From positions 114,362-178,361 of the forward strand of contig JANOAV010000087.1 in the NCBI GenBank assembly GCA_031411295.1: 64,000 bases of DNA, given 5' to 3'. Positions 1-10,178 of the stretch are shown here, piece by piece; positions within the stretch are counted from its first letter, which is position 1; the number at the start of each line of letters is the position of its first letter. The position numbers were made by a program, and so were the translations under genes. The notes beneath the pieces were generated by a model. The model had not been told where the DNA came from. It was given only the letters and a program-made list of their open reading frames with translations, and did no database searches. The DNA comes from Verrucomicrobiales bacterium (GTDB lineage: Bacteria; Verrucomicrobiota; Verrucomicrobiia; Verrucomicrobiales; V1-33).

Positions 1-1297
1 CTTCCGGGCGCCCCTTGTCATCAAGCTCATAGAACTCCCGATTGAAACGAAACAGTGATCCGAAGACCTCTGGATCAAGGAAATCCACCAACGAATACAA
101 TTCATCAATCCGATTCTCTAACGGAGTCCCCGTGAGCACGAACGCATGCGGACTGCGCAGTAACTTGACGGCCCGGGCCGTGTTGGAAGCCCAGTTCTTA
201 ATGCGCTGGGCTTCGTCCAGCACGACGATGTCTGGGGCTAATCGCTCATTGATGTCGAGCACATCACTGCGCACTTGCTCGTAGTTCATCAGGGTGAACG
301 TCGGTGCATCCTTGGTATAATGCCGCCCCCGTTCCCGCCGCCCGCCATAGACAATCTGATAGTCCAACGTGGTGAATTTCCGAATCTGTTCCTCCCATTC
401 CGTCTTCAGCGAGGCCGGAGAAATGACCAGCACCCGCCGCGCCTTACCCAGTCGATGCAGTAGCGCACAGGCAGCAATTGCTTGAATCGTTTTGCCCAAA
501 CCCATTTCATCTGCTAGCATCGCGCGCCCCTTGAAGGCCAGATGCAACATGCCATCACGTTGATACGGATACAACGGCATCAACGTCACCTGCCCAGGTG
601 CGGTGCCATCAACTACCGATCGTTCGTAATCTCGACGCAGGGTGACGCGCTGATCCTCTTGCCGACAACGTTCCAGCCAGCGCGGAATCGCGTGAGACAC
701 GCGCAACACCGGCCCACTCAGTGCCACTAAAATTTGTAACGCATCCTCCGTGCTAACGTCCGCCGTCAGCACGCCGCTCTTGTCAAAAAATCCCTTCACC
801 TTAGCAGGTAATCGCCTCCGATCCCCCCCAACGATAAATGTCGGTAAACTCGCGTGACGCATGATCTCCGCACGTGCTGAACCTGACTCCACGGCTTCCT
901 TCCAGCGTTTTCCAAGACGCTTTTCCAGTTGCCAAAGCACTGCCTCCACGTGCTTGCACGTGCCCAACGCGTTGATCCGGAAATCCATACAAGAGCAGGC
1001 AAACAACCGCTGGGTCACATCATGAATTTGCACCACGTAGGGTAACCCGCTCGCTGAAGCCACCTTGAAATCTGAGAACAATGGATACTCTGGCGCCAGA
1101 TTCGTCACCTGCATTACCTCCTCCCGCGCCCGCAACCGACGACGATTGATCTCATCTTCATCCGTCGTCCGCCAATCTCCCTGAGCCGGAAGATTAATTT
1201 CATCGCCCCCTCGCTTGGCCTGCTTCTTTCCCTGCTTCTTATTGGGCACGGGGGTCGGCTTCGGTTTGATGAGTTTGTCGAATTTGGATCCAGCCAT
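1..1297 (-). CDS. SWIM zinc finger + SNF2-family helicase (N-terminal part; runs off the window edge)
   Basis: Manual minus-strand translation from ATG 1297 stays open to base 1. It contains SWIM-like CSCMDFRINALGTCKHVEAV, Walker A LADEMGLGKT, VVLDEAQRIKN and LTGTPLENRIDELYS. It is missing from the ORF track because there is no stop in the window. Confidence 0.9.
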   Translation of the reverse strand, partial: MAGSKFDKLIKPKPTPVPNKKQGKKQAKRGGDEINLPAQGDWRTTDEDEINRRRLRAREEVMQVTNLAPEYPLFSDFKVASASGLPYVVQIHDVTQRLFACSCMDFRINALGTCKHVEAVLWQLEKRLGKRWKEAVESGSARAEIMRHASLPTFIVGGDRRRLPAKVKGFFDKSGVLTADVSTEDALQILVALSGPVLRVSHAIPRWLERCRQEDQRVTLRRDYERSVVDGTAPGQVTLMPLYPYQRDGMLHLAFKGRAMLADEMGLGKTIQAIAACALLHRLGKARRVLVISPASLKTEWEEQIRKFTTLDYQIVYGGRRERGRHYTKDAPTFTLMNYEQVRSDVLDINERLAPDIVVLDEAQRIKNWASNTARAVKLLRSPHAFVLTGTPLENRIDELYSLVDFLDPEVFGSLFRFNREFYELDDKGRPE

Positions 1298-1455
1298 GAG
1301 GGATGATGATTAATGAAATTAAGGAGAGGAGATGACCCGTGCCCTAATCCAAGGAGTGGGCCTTTGCAACCCCCACAAGATGGCATACCTGCCGCCAATG
1401 CCTTGCAATGACGGTTTCCCGCCGGCCTTCGCTGGAATCTGTGGCAAAATTCCCC

Positions 1456-1500
1456 TTGCAAATCTTACGCTAGTAGGATGTAATTCCTACATGCGTAAGA
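1456..1500 (+). promoter_or_regulatory. sigma70-like promoter overlapped by two BlaI/CopY-type operator boxes
   Basis: TTGCAA (1456-1461), 17 bp, TGTAAT (1479-1484). Boxes TCTTACGCTAGTAGGA (1463-1478) and TCCTACATGCGTAAGA (1485-1500) each have a TAC-N4-GTA core and are inverted copies of each other (14/16). Confidence 0.75.
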
Positions 1501-1883
1501 AATTAACAACAACGGTGGCCCTGCCCACCATTTCAGATGCGGAATGGGAGGTGATGAAAATCCTCTGGGCGCAAGCTCCGCAGACCACGAATGAAGTGGT
1601 GGAGGCGCTGACTCCCCATCGGGAATGGAAACCGAAGACGATTCACACACTATTGCGTCGTTTGGTGGATAAGGGCGCGCTGCGCGTGGAGAAGCAGGGG
1701 AGGGAGTTTCGTTACTATCCTGAGGTGACTGCCGGTGAATGTCAGTTGGCGGAGAGTCGCTCCTTTCTGGGGCGGGTCTTTGACGGGGAGATGGCTCCCT
1801 TTCTGGCGGCGTTTGTCGAACGTCAGGAGTTAAGTAAGACCGAAATTGAACAATTGAAGCGAATTTTAGACGGAGGAAAATAA
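1491..1883 (+). CDS. BlaI/MecI/CopY family transcriptional repressor
   Basis: ISDAEWEVMKILW...EWKPKTIHTLLRRLVDKG...FLGRVFDG; directly upstream of an M56 gene. Confidence 0.93.
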   Translation: MRKKLTTTVALPTISDAEWEVMKILWAQAPQTTNEVVEALTPHREWKPKTIHTLLRRLVDKGALRVEKQGREFRYYPEVTAGECQLAESRSFLGRVFDGEMAPFLAAFVERQELSKTEIEQLKRILDGGK

Positions 1884-1884
1884 C

Positions 1885-4800
1885 ATGAATCTGGAAACAT
1901 TGACCAATTGGTTATCGGAAATCAGCCCTTGGGTGCTAAGCAACTCTGCGGGTGCAGTGCTCTTGGTGCTGGGGATCTGGCTGCTGCGGAAATACTCCGT
2001 GCTGCGGCAGCGTCCGCGTTGGCTCTATGCACTGGGGTTGCTGGTAATGCTGCGGGCTTTGGATCCCCAGCCTGCCTGGCGTATCCTGGCCGTGGCTCAA
2101 GCCAGCCGAGATGGCTGCGCCTGTGATGGCGCCTGTTGCGGAGGAACCCGCCATGCCCCTGCGCCCCACTGCTGCCCCTGTGACCCAGACATTCGAGCCA
2201 GACTTAAGCGAAACCAAGGTCATGGAAAGTCTTAAGGAGGAGCCCGGTTTGGAGCCGATGATTCCGCTGCCGCCAACTCCGCTGCCAACGTTGGCGGTGG
2301 CGGAGTCCACGGTGCCGGAACCGGTGCGCCAGATTTCTGCTGGGGAAATGTTGTCGTGGTGCTGGTTGATGGGCCTGTTGTTAGTATTGGCTGGCACCTG
2401 CTGGCGGCAGGGACGGTTTGCGCGACGCGTGGCTCGTTTGGCGCAGCCTGCCAGCAAGGCTCACGTGGCATTGCTGGCAGAGTTGCAACGCCTGACGGGG
2501 CAGCATCAGGCCGTCCGACTGCGGATGCTGCCGGGACTGGGCACGCCGGCGGTATTCGGTTGGTGGCGACCCCAGATTTTACTCACGGAAGCAGCCGCTA
2601 CCGGACTCAACGAGTCGGAACTGCGTCATGTGTTGCTGCACGAACTCAGTCATATTCGGCGGCATGATGTCTTGCTGAACTGGGCGCTTATTTTCACCCG
2701 GGCCGTGCATTGGTTTAATCCACTGGTGTGGTTGAGCCAGCGCTGGTTAGTGCGGGATCGGGAGCTGCTGTGGGATGCGCAGGCGATGGCTTTTTTATCC
2801 TCCCAGGAAACGCCGCGGGACTATGGTTATACTTTGTTGAAACTAGCCATGCCTGGGGCGCAGGAGCCCACCACCCCCAGCCTGGCCCCTCTGTTCCACT
2901 CCTCCCACGAACTCCAACGCCGCATCCGCATGATTTCCCAACCCCCAAATCAACCCGCGTCGAAATGGCACATGGCGCTGTCATTGCTAGCCGTCAGCGC
3001 GTTGGCAATATTCACCTTCACCAGGGCGGTGGCGGAGGATGCCCCGCCGTCGCCAAAAGTTCCGGAGGTGCGACGCGCCGAGATCGTAGATTCCTCCGTG
3101 GACGACCCCAGTGCTGAGGAATTGGCTCCCGTCCGAGCCGCGTTGGATTCATTCCTAGCCGCCCGCACTTGGCAGGATCGCGCCAAGTTCACGCAGCAAG
3201 CGGAGCGCCTTCGCCCCCAGATGGAGGAATTCTACGCCCACCATGCCGACGGCCCCATTGCGGCGGAGAAGATTGATTTCCTAACCACCCAGCCAACCCC
3301 GGGCGGTAAGAGTCGCTTTTACATATTTCAGGTGGTGTGCGGTTCTCGGCTAGGCTTCCCGGTTTCGTTGGAAATGGTAAATGGAAGCTATCAAGTGGAG
3401 TGGGAAAGTTTTGTGGAGTTCAAGGACTTGTTCTTGCCGAAATACTTCGAGACCTTCCATGAAAAGCCCGCCGAGTTTCGGGTGGTGCTGCGTCGCACCC
3501 ACTACTTTGGGGCGGATATTCCTAATCAGGACCAGAAACTTTGCTTTGCGGTGGAACCCCCGGTCGCAGGGCACGCGAATTACGCTTGGGTGACGAAAGC
3601 CAATGTGGCCGTGCTTAGCAAACTGCGGGAGGGGGGTGACTTCGGCCACGTTTACTATCCCGTCGTGAAATTACGATGGGTCAAAGAAGGCAAGGCCAGC
3701 TATGTGGTCCTCGATGACATCGTGTCCGACAACTGGCGCGCGGACCATCCCCAGCGAACGTCCACCCCAGATCCTTCCGCTCGCCTCCAGAGACTGACCA
3801 AGCAACGCGACGAGGTGAAACGCGAACTCAGCGAGCTGGAGGCTTCGTCCAAGGCTGGGAAGGACCTGCGGCAGGAAATTCTAGCGCTGCAAAAAGTGGC
3901 CCGGGATCTGACTACAGCTTATTACAAAGAAAAATACTTGGTGCCCGCCCTCCAGGAACCGGAAAATCGTTCCGCGCTGGAGAAACTAAAGGATGAACTG
4001 GAGCGAGAGTTAAAGGAGTTGAGCGCTCAGGGATTGGATGAGAACCACCCGGATGTTAGTGGGTTGAGGGAAGCGAAGGGGCAAGTGTTGGAGCTTTACT
4101 ATCGCGCCAAATACTCGCTCCAGGAAGGTGATGTGATCGAAGTGGATGAGACGAAGCGAGGGGCTGAAGCCCCTGATTTGAAGGAAATCCCCTTCGGCAC
4201 TTGGGTCCCGGACAAAAGGGGCTTCGTTTACAGTCCCTATGCCCCGGACAGTGGAGGAGTGGACGTCTCCGATATTCCTGCCGGAACCAAAGTGGAATGT
4301 CCTTACACGAAGAAGATTTTCCGCGTTCCACGGGTTGGGCAGACGGGGAGATATACGGTTTTGGGAGCCGTGCTCAAGCCAGGGTCGTATGCGTTGCCGA
4401 ATGCGCGTATTGACCTAACTGTAGCGGTAGGGATGGCAGGAGGGATCATGAGGCCTACAGACAGTATTGCGAAGGCATGGTTAGTGAAGTGTGAAGCAGA
4501 GGTCGCGAAACTCAAGGCCCAGTTACAGGCCCTCTCGGACATAAAGGACGCAGACCAAGCTATCGAAGTCGCTGCGGGGATTACCACCGATAGTGAGATC
4601 ATGAAGGAATCACTGCCCGCTTTCCACAAAGCAAAGATTGAATTGGCGCAACTTTTGGATGGCGGTCTGGGCACTCGCCATCCGAGCGTGGTGGCTGCTA
4701 GGGGGCAAGTGGAAATCCTGAAGGAAGACCTCTTGTCAGGAGTGACCGCGGTGAAGCTGTCCTTGGAAGCCAGACTAAAAATAGCGCAAGCTGCGCTGCA

Positions 4801-5530
4801 AAGTTGGCAGGAAACGAACGCCGAAGCCCTGAAAGCCAAGCCGAGCGTAATCCGCATCCGCCTGAAGCACGCGGCCAGTGTGCAGGCATTGGAAGGAGAC
4901 TTAGACGACCTCGGAGCAGAGCAGATAAAGCCAGGCGATATCATTACGGTGATAGCAGGAGATGAGGCCGTTTCCGCAGAAGCAAAACCTGCCGCCACGC
5001 GAGCCAATTTCACGATCATCGGTGAGGTAAAGCGTCCGGGAACTTACGCAGCTCCGTCTGGCAAGCAGCTAACCCTGACGGAGGCGGTCGGCATGGCTGG
5101 TGGCTTTGGCCCAATGGCGGAGCGGGCGAAGGTGAAAATTGTGCGACGCGGAGTGCAAGCTCCCCTCGAAGTTGATCCCAGCCGCATCCCGGGAAATGGG
5201 GTCGGCCTGCTGATCCAAGATGGGGATGTGATCGAAGTTGCTGCTGCTGAAGCCAAGGACGCCGTTGGAGCCCCTGCCGTCCCCCAGCGTGGAGTGTTTA
5301 CAGTCCTTGGAGCGGTGAACAAGCCCGGCAAGTTTAATTTCCCTCCAGGAATCAAACTAACCCTAATGGAGGCTGTCGGCATGGCTGGTGGCTTCAACAA
5401 ACTGACCAATGCGAAAAAAGCGACATTGAAACGCGATGGTGTGGAACAAGTTCTGGAACTTCGCACCCATGGGACCGACGAAGTCAAAGCGGGAGATGTG
5501 GTCACCATCCAAGAGAGCGTCCCATTCTAG
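1885..5530 (+). CDS. BlaR1-type M56 metallopeptidase sensor with Wzc/GumC-like coils and three SLBB domains; +1 frameshift at GGG 2054-2056
   Basis: The N-terminal TM part (1885-2055) and the main ORF (2111-5530) join as LLVMLRLWIPSLPGVSWPWLKPAEMAAP if one G is removed. Motifs: HELSH, HWFNPLVW, LQRRIRMI, and three [VI][LI]G[AE]VxxPG...AVGMAGG SLBB units. Confidence 0.88.
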
Positions 5531-5662
5531 CGCTGGGTGAAGGAGTCTGTCATGGAGTTATCGAGGATACCGCATTAAGCGTTAGTCATCTGAGCCGGGA
5601 GTAAACTAAGGAATTTCATGACGCGTGTCTCGCAATGCACGGCGGGCGTGTCGATCCTATTG

Positions 5663-6595
5663 CTATTTCTCAGGCAAAATCATCGCCACTGGAGTCGAGT
5701 TCCCGAAGTTCTTGAAGTCCTTCCACTGCCAGACCACTTTCTTGTCAGGCGTGACTTCGATGAGTTGGGGATTCTCCGGGCCGGCATGGCAATTATTGAT
5801 GACGGTGTTGCCATTGGCGAGACGCTCGACGCGGCAGACCCATGCCAAAGTGATGCCTGGCAGATCCTTCTGCTCCAGCTTCCAGACGATTTTCTTATCT
5901 GGAGTCACTTCGATCACGCTATGGCCATTGCCGGTGCCAATGAGGGTATTCCCATTGGCCAAGCGCTCGGCGGAGAACAAATGATTGCCAAACGCTTCTG
6001 GCCCGTGACCCCCGGCGGCTGGTTTGTCGAACATCGGCACGGGGAACTCCCACACCACCTTGCCATCCGGAGCATATTCCTTGGCGATTCCGTCGGCTTC
6101 ATGGGCGACCAAGTAGTTGCCATTGGCGATCTTCCGCACCATCCGCGTGTCGCTGTGGGCGTTGGGTTTGCTAACTTGTAACTTCACTTCCTTCACGATC
6201 TTCCCCTCTGAGGAAACTTCGATGATCCGCCCCACGCCAGATTCCACGATCATCGTGTTTCCGTCATCCAAACGTTGGAACGCATGCACTTCGACAGGCT
6301 TGCCGGGATTGGTCTTGGCGGAATCATATTCCCAGACCACCTTGCCGTCGGGCGTCTTTTCCACGATGTGGTTCCAGCCCTTGTCTTGGAAGACTAAATT
6401 TCCGTTCTTCAGCAATTGTGCATTGTGAATGGCTCCCACTTTTTCTTCGCGTTCAAAGGTTCCATCTGGCTTGATGATGGCAAGGCGATGCGTGGAATCA
6501 TCCGCCACCAACAAACGACGGCCGGGGGCGGTGTCTTGAGCAGAGAGGGACAGGGTGAGAGTAGTGAAACAGAGGGCAAGATGGCGGATAGTCAT
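5663..6595 (-). CDS. Secreted beta-propeller repeat protein (PQQ-like/arylsulfotransferase-like)
   Basis: Signal peptide MTIRHLALCFTTLTLSLSA and repeated RLxNGNTxI...EVTPDxKxVW blades. Confidence 0.75.
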   Translation of the reverse strand: MTIRHLALCFTTLTLSLSAQDTAPGRRLLVADDSTHRLAIIKPDGTFEREEKVGAIHNAQLLKNGNLVFQDKGWNHIVEKTPDGKVVWEYDSAKTNPGKPVEVHAFQRLDDGNTMIVESGVGRIIEVSSEGKIVKEVKLQVSKPNAHSDTRMVRKIANGNYLVAHEADGIAKEYAPDGKVVWEFPVPMFDKPAAGGHGPEAFGNHLFSAERLANGNTLIGTGNGHSVIEVTPDKKIVWKLEQKDLPGITLAWVCRVERLANGNTVINNCHAGPENPQLIEVTPDKKVVWQWKDFKNFGNSTPVAMILPEK

Positions 6596-6663
6596 GACGC
6601 ATCCTGTATGGAATCCATGCCTTCCGCAGCAAAATTCGCGCCGACTGCTAAAACACGTAGTGG

Positions 6664-9186
6664 CTACAGTTCCCGCCATTCATGCTTGGGATAGCGTCGC
6701 TTGAGTTCCTTGGCGATGGTGGGGTAACTATTTTTCCAGAAGCTGGCGAGGTCCTTGGTCACTTGAATGGGGCGCATGTTAGGAGCCAGCAATTGAATCA
6801 ACAAGGGCACGCGCCCAGCGGCAATGCGCGGCGTTTCGGTCTGCCCATAGAAGTCTTGGATCCGGGAGGAGATGGTGGGTTCAGCTCCGTGGGCATAGTC
6901 GATCTTCGTCTTGCGGCCGCTGGCGAGGTCGATGCGATCGGGCGCATGGCGTTGTAACGCTTGGTTTTGCTCGTAACTTAACCAACTTTGCAGCGCGTGC
7001 AGCGGATTCAGTTCCTTGATGTCCTTGTAGCTTTTACAACCATGGAATAATTCTTCGAAGACAAGACGCTTATCTTCGTCGGTGAATTCAGGGATCTCCA
7101 GTTCGGGCATGTGCTGCCGCAGGAAATGCAGTCGCGCTAACCACTGTTGCGCATGATCGTCCCAACCGGTAAAGGTCAGGGAGCCGTCCAGCACCATATC
7201 CGCCAGCAAGGCCGCCGCCGCATTGTCGGTCGGTTCTCCGCTTTGACGCTCGCGTAGCATGAGATCACGGAAACGCACGGTTTCCTTCTGTTGGACACGT
7301 CGCTGCAGGGTGTCCCAGACCGCCGCATTGGTCTTGGCGAAATCGTGCGGAAAGAGTTCGGCCAACCACGTTTCCTCGACTTCAGTATTCAAATTCAAGA
7401 TCACCTGGAGATCTTTCCCCTGCACTTCCGCCATTTCAGCGGCCACCAGTAAGTCATGACCGCGCATCAGACTGTCCTTGGCAACGGACCCGCGGCGTTT
7501 CCCCACCACATCACAAGCCGTGCTGGCAACATTGGTGCGACGCGCCACGTGGTCGGAGTAACCACTGAGCATGACTTTGGCGAGCGACTCCAAGCTCGGT
7601 AAATTAAGCTCTCCAGTCTGCTTGCGCGTCATGCCCATGAGTCGTTCCGCCAGCCTGCCAGCTTCGGAAGCAGCCTTGCCATTGAGTCCCAACCGACCGC
7701 ACGCATCGGGGGAGAATCTGGCGTCTGCCGCTGCCTGCCAAGCCCGCAGCAGCGGATAGAAGTCGCTCCGGTCATCGGGATCATGAAATTTTGTGGCCGA
7801 TCCGCCACCGCTCTTCACATACAAACTGCGGCCTTGGAGCAGGGCCATGCAGAGCGCCACGGCGGGCACACAATCTTCCTCCGTGGCCGCTTCCAGCACG
7901 CGGGCCTGGCGGGGGTGGAGGGGATAGCGCGTTAGTTTCCGCCCCAGGGAAGTGATCTCCCCCGTCTTCGCATCGACTGCTCCCAGCTCCTGCAACAACG
8001 TTTCCGCGAGGGCCAGACTGCGTGGGTCCGGTGGATCAAACCAACGGAAACCAGCCAAATCCCGGATCCCCGCCGCATGCAATCCTAACGCGACTTCCGC
8101 CAAGTCCATGCGGCGGATTTCGGGCAGTTCTGCGGCGGGTCGGCGGGCGTGGTGTTGCTCGCTCCAGAGCCGAATGCACGTGCCCGGGCCGGTGCGTCCG
8201 GCCCGTCCTGCGCGCTGGTCTGCGCTAGCCCGGGAAATGGCCTGAACCGTCAGCGTGTTCAGCCCGCGGTTGGCATCATAGCTGGCCAACCGCGCCTGAC
8301 CTCCGTCAATCACCAGGCGCACGCCATCGATGGTGAGAGAGGTTTCCGCCACGTTAGTCGAAACGACGATCCGCCGTCGGCCCCCGTGGCTCACTGCGGC
8401 ATCCTGTTGTTGCGGTGGCAGTTCCCCATGCAACGGCAGAATGTCGAAGTCCTTCAGCGCCTTTTCACGCCCTAACGCCTCCATGGTCTTTCGAATTTCA
8501 TAAGCTCCTGGCATGAAAATCAGCGCATGCCCTTCTGCTAGCTTACTCATTTCCAGGCCACAAATGCGCGCGGCATGTTCCGGGAGGTCATCGCCTGTAA
8601 CCAGCTTCGGTGGGGCGTAACGCAAGCTTACCGGGTAGGTGCGGCCTGCGGAAACCAAGTGCTCGCACGGAGCCAGGTAGCGTTTCAACTCCTCGGTCTG
8701 CAAGGTAGCGGACATGACCAGGATGCCCAAGTCTGGCCGTCTCGATTCCTGCAGGTCCAACGCGCGCGCCAGGGTCACATCGCCATACAGATGCCGCTCG
8801 TGAAATTCATCAAAGACGACTGCGGAAACCCCCTTGAGGTCGGGATCGTCCAACATGCGTCGGAGGAGGATGCCCTCAGTCACAAAGCGAATTTTGGTGG
8901 CGGCACTAACCGCACTTTCAAAGCGCACCTGATAACCTACTTCCTGGCCTAACCGCACGCCCATTTCCTCCGCCACCCGCCGCGCCAGCATCCGGGCGGC
9001 AATGCGGCGGGGTTGCAGGATGATGACTTCCCCGCCATCCAAAACCCCCGCGGCCAAGAGCATTTGCGGAATCTGAGTGGACTTCCCCGAGCCCGTGGGG
9101 GCCTCAATCACAAAGCGCCTACGCTCCTGGGAAGCGCGATAAGCGTTCAGCAAGGCAGGTTCGAGTTCGAAGATGGGAAGGCGCAT
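6664..9186 (-). CDS. hrpB: ATP-dependent RNA helicase HrpB
   Basis: APTGSGKST, DEFHER, MSAT, STNVAETSLTIDG, QRAGRAGR, and the HrpB C-terminus LLAPNMRPIQVTKDLASFW...RYPKHEW. Confidence 0.95.
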   Translation of the reverse strand: MRLPIFELEPALLNAYRASQERRRFVIEAPTGSGKSTQIPQMLLAAGVLDGGEVIILQPRRIAARMLARRVAEEMGVRLGQEVGYQVRFESAVSAATKIRFVTEGILLRRMLDDPDLKGVSAVVFDEFHERHLYGDVTLARALDLQESRRPDLGILVMSATLQTEELKRYLAPCEHLVSAGRTYPVSLRYAPPKLVTGDDLPEHAARICGLEMSKLAEGHALIFMPGAYEIRKTMEALGREKALKDFDILPLHGELPPQQQDAAVSHGGRRRIVVSTNVAETSLTIDGVRLVIDGGQARLASYDANRGLNTLTVQAISRASADQRAGRAGRTGPGTCIRLWSEQHHARRPAAELPEIRRMDLAEVALGLHAAGIRDLAGFRWFDPPDPRSLALAETLLQELGAVDAKTGEITSLGRKLTRYPLHPRQARVLEAATEEDCVPAVALCMALLQGRSLYVKSGGGSATKFHDPDDRSDFYPLLRAWQAAADARFSPDACGRLGLNGKAASEAGRLAERLMGMTRKQTGELNLPSLESLAKVMLSGYSDHVARRTNVASTACDVVGKRRGSVAKDSLMRGHDLLVAAEMAEVQGKDLQVILNLNTEVEETWLAELFPHDFAKTNAAVWDTLQRRVQQKETVRFRDLMLRERQSGEPTDNAAAALLADMVLDGSLTFTGWDDHAQQWLARLHFLRQHMPELEIPEFTDEDKRLVFEELFHGCKSYKDIKELNPLHALQSWLSYEQNQALQRHAPDRIDLASGRKTKIDYAHGAEPTISSRIQDFYGQTETPRIAAGRVPLLIQLLAPNMRPIQVTKDLASFWKNSYPTIAKELKRRYPKHEWREL

Positions 9187-9374
9187 GAAGGGTGGTGAGC
9201 AGATTCTGAGGGTTCGTAAGCTGGGTCGGGCAAAACACCAAGGGCAAAACCGTCGGTCCTTAAGTCGTCTAAATAATTACCGGGCAAGCGATGATTTGAT
9301 TTTTACTCAAGCTAGTCTTCACTGCCGTGGGCGGGAACCCGAACTCCAACCCATCAACCGAATCAAATAACTGC

Positions 9375-10160
9375 ATGTCCACTACACTTCGCGCCATCGC
9401 GATAGCCGCCCATCCTGACGATATTGAGTATGTCATGGCTGGCACGTTGCTGGCATTGCAGGCTAAGGGGTGGGAGATTCACTACGTCAATTTGGCGGAC
9501 GGCTGTTGTGGCAGTCTGCAAATGGGACCGGCAGAAACGGCCCGGGTCCGCCGCCTGGAGGCCATGCGCGCGGCAGAGATCCTGGGGGCCGGCTTCCACG
9601 AGAGCATCGGGCATGACATGGAAATCATCTATAGCGTGGAACGCGTGCGCCAAGTTGCTGCCATCATTCGCGAGGTGGCTCCGCAGATTGTGCTAACGCA
9701 CTCACCGCAGGATTACATGGAAGACCACATGGAAACGTGCCGTCTGGCGGTCTCCGCAGCGTTTACCCATGCCATGCCCAACTTCACCACCGATCCTCCG
9801 CGCGCCCCGGCCGCCTTGGACGGATCGGTCGCAGTTTACCATGCCATGCCGCATGGCCTGTGCGATGGTCTGCGCCAGCCGATCCAACCGGATTGCTTCG
9901 TCGATGTGGCGGAGTTTCATGCCGTCAAACTGGCGGCCCTGGCGGCCCATCAGAGCCAGCAGCATTGGTTGGAAGCCAGTCAGGGCATGAATTCCTACCT
10001 GCAAGCGATGGAAGACATGAGTCGCGAGGTGGGTCGGCGTTCAGGCAAATTTTCTCTCGCGGAAGGCTGGCGACGGCATTCTCATCTGGGATTCAGTCGG
10101 CACGAGTGGGATCCACTCGCGGATGCCTTGGGTCCCCAAGTTTATTTTCCTAACGCTTAA
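9375..10160 (+). CDS. PIG-L/LmbE family deacetylase
   Basis: AHPDDIE and THSPQDYMEDH metal-binding motifs, KLAALAAHQSQ. Confidence 0.9.
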   Translation: MSTTLRAIAIAAHPDDIEYVMAGTLLALQAKGWEIHYVNLADGCCGSLQMGPAETARVRRLEAMRAAEILGAGFHESIGHDMEIIYSVERVRQVAAIIREVAPQIVLTHSPQDYMEDHMETCRLAVSAAFTHAMPNFTTDPPRAPAALDGSVAVYHAMPHGLCDGLRQPIQPDCFVDVAEFHAVKLAALAAHQSQQHWLEASQGMNSYLQAMEDMSREVGRRSGKFSLAEGWRRHSHLGFSRHEWDPLADALGPQVYFPNA

Positions 10161-10178
10161 TTTAATCCATCCAAACCT

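Noticed and set aside
42..1002. Several short ORFs on both strands
   Set aside because: They are shadows of the minus-strand SWIM-SNF2 gene that runs off the window.
1332..1490. N-terminal extension of the BlaI ORF in the ORF track
   Set aside because: It overlaps the promoter and operator; family similarity starts only after ATG 1491.
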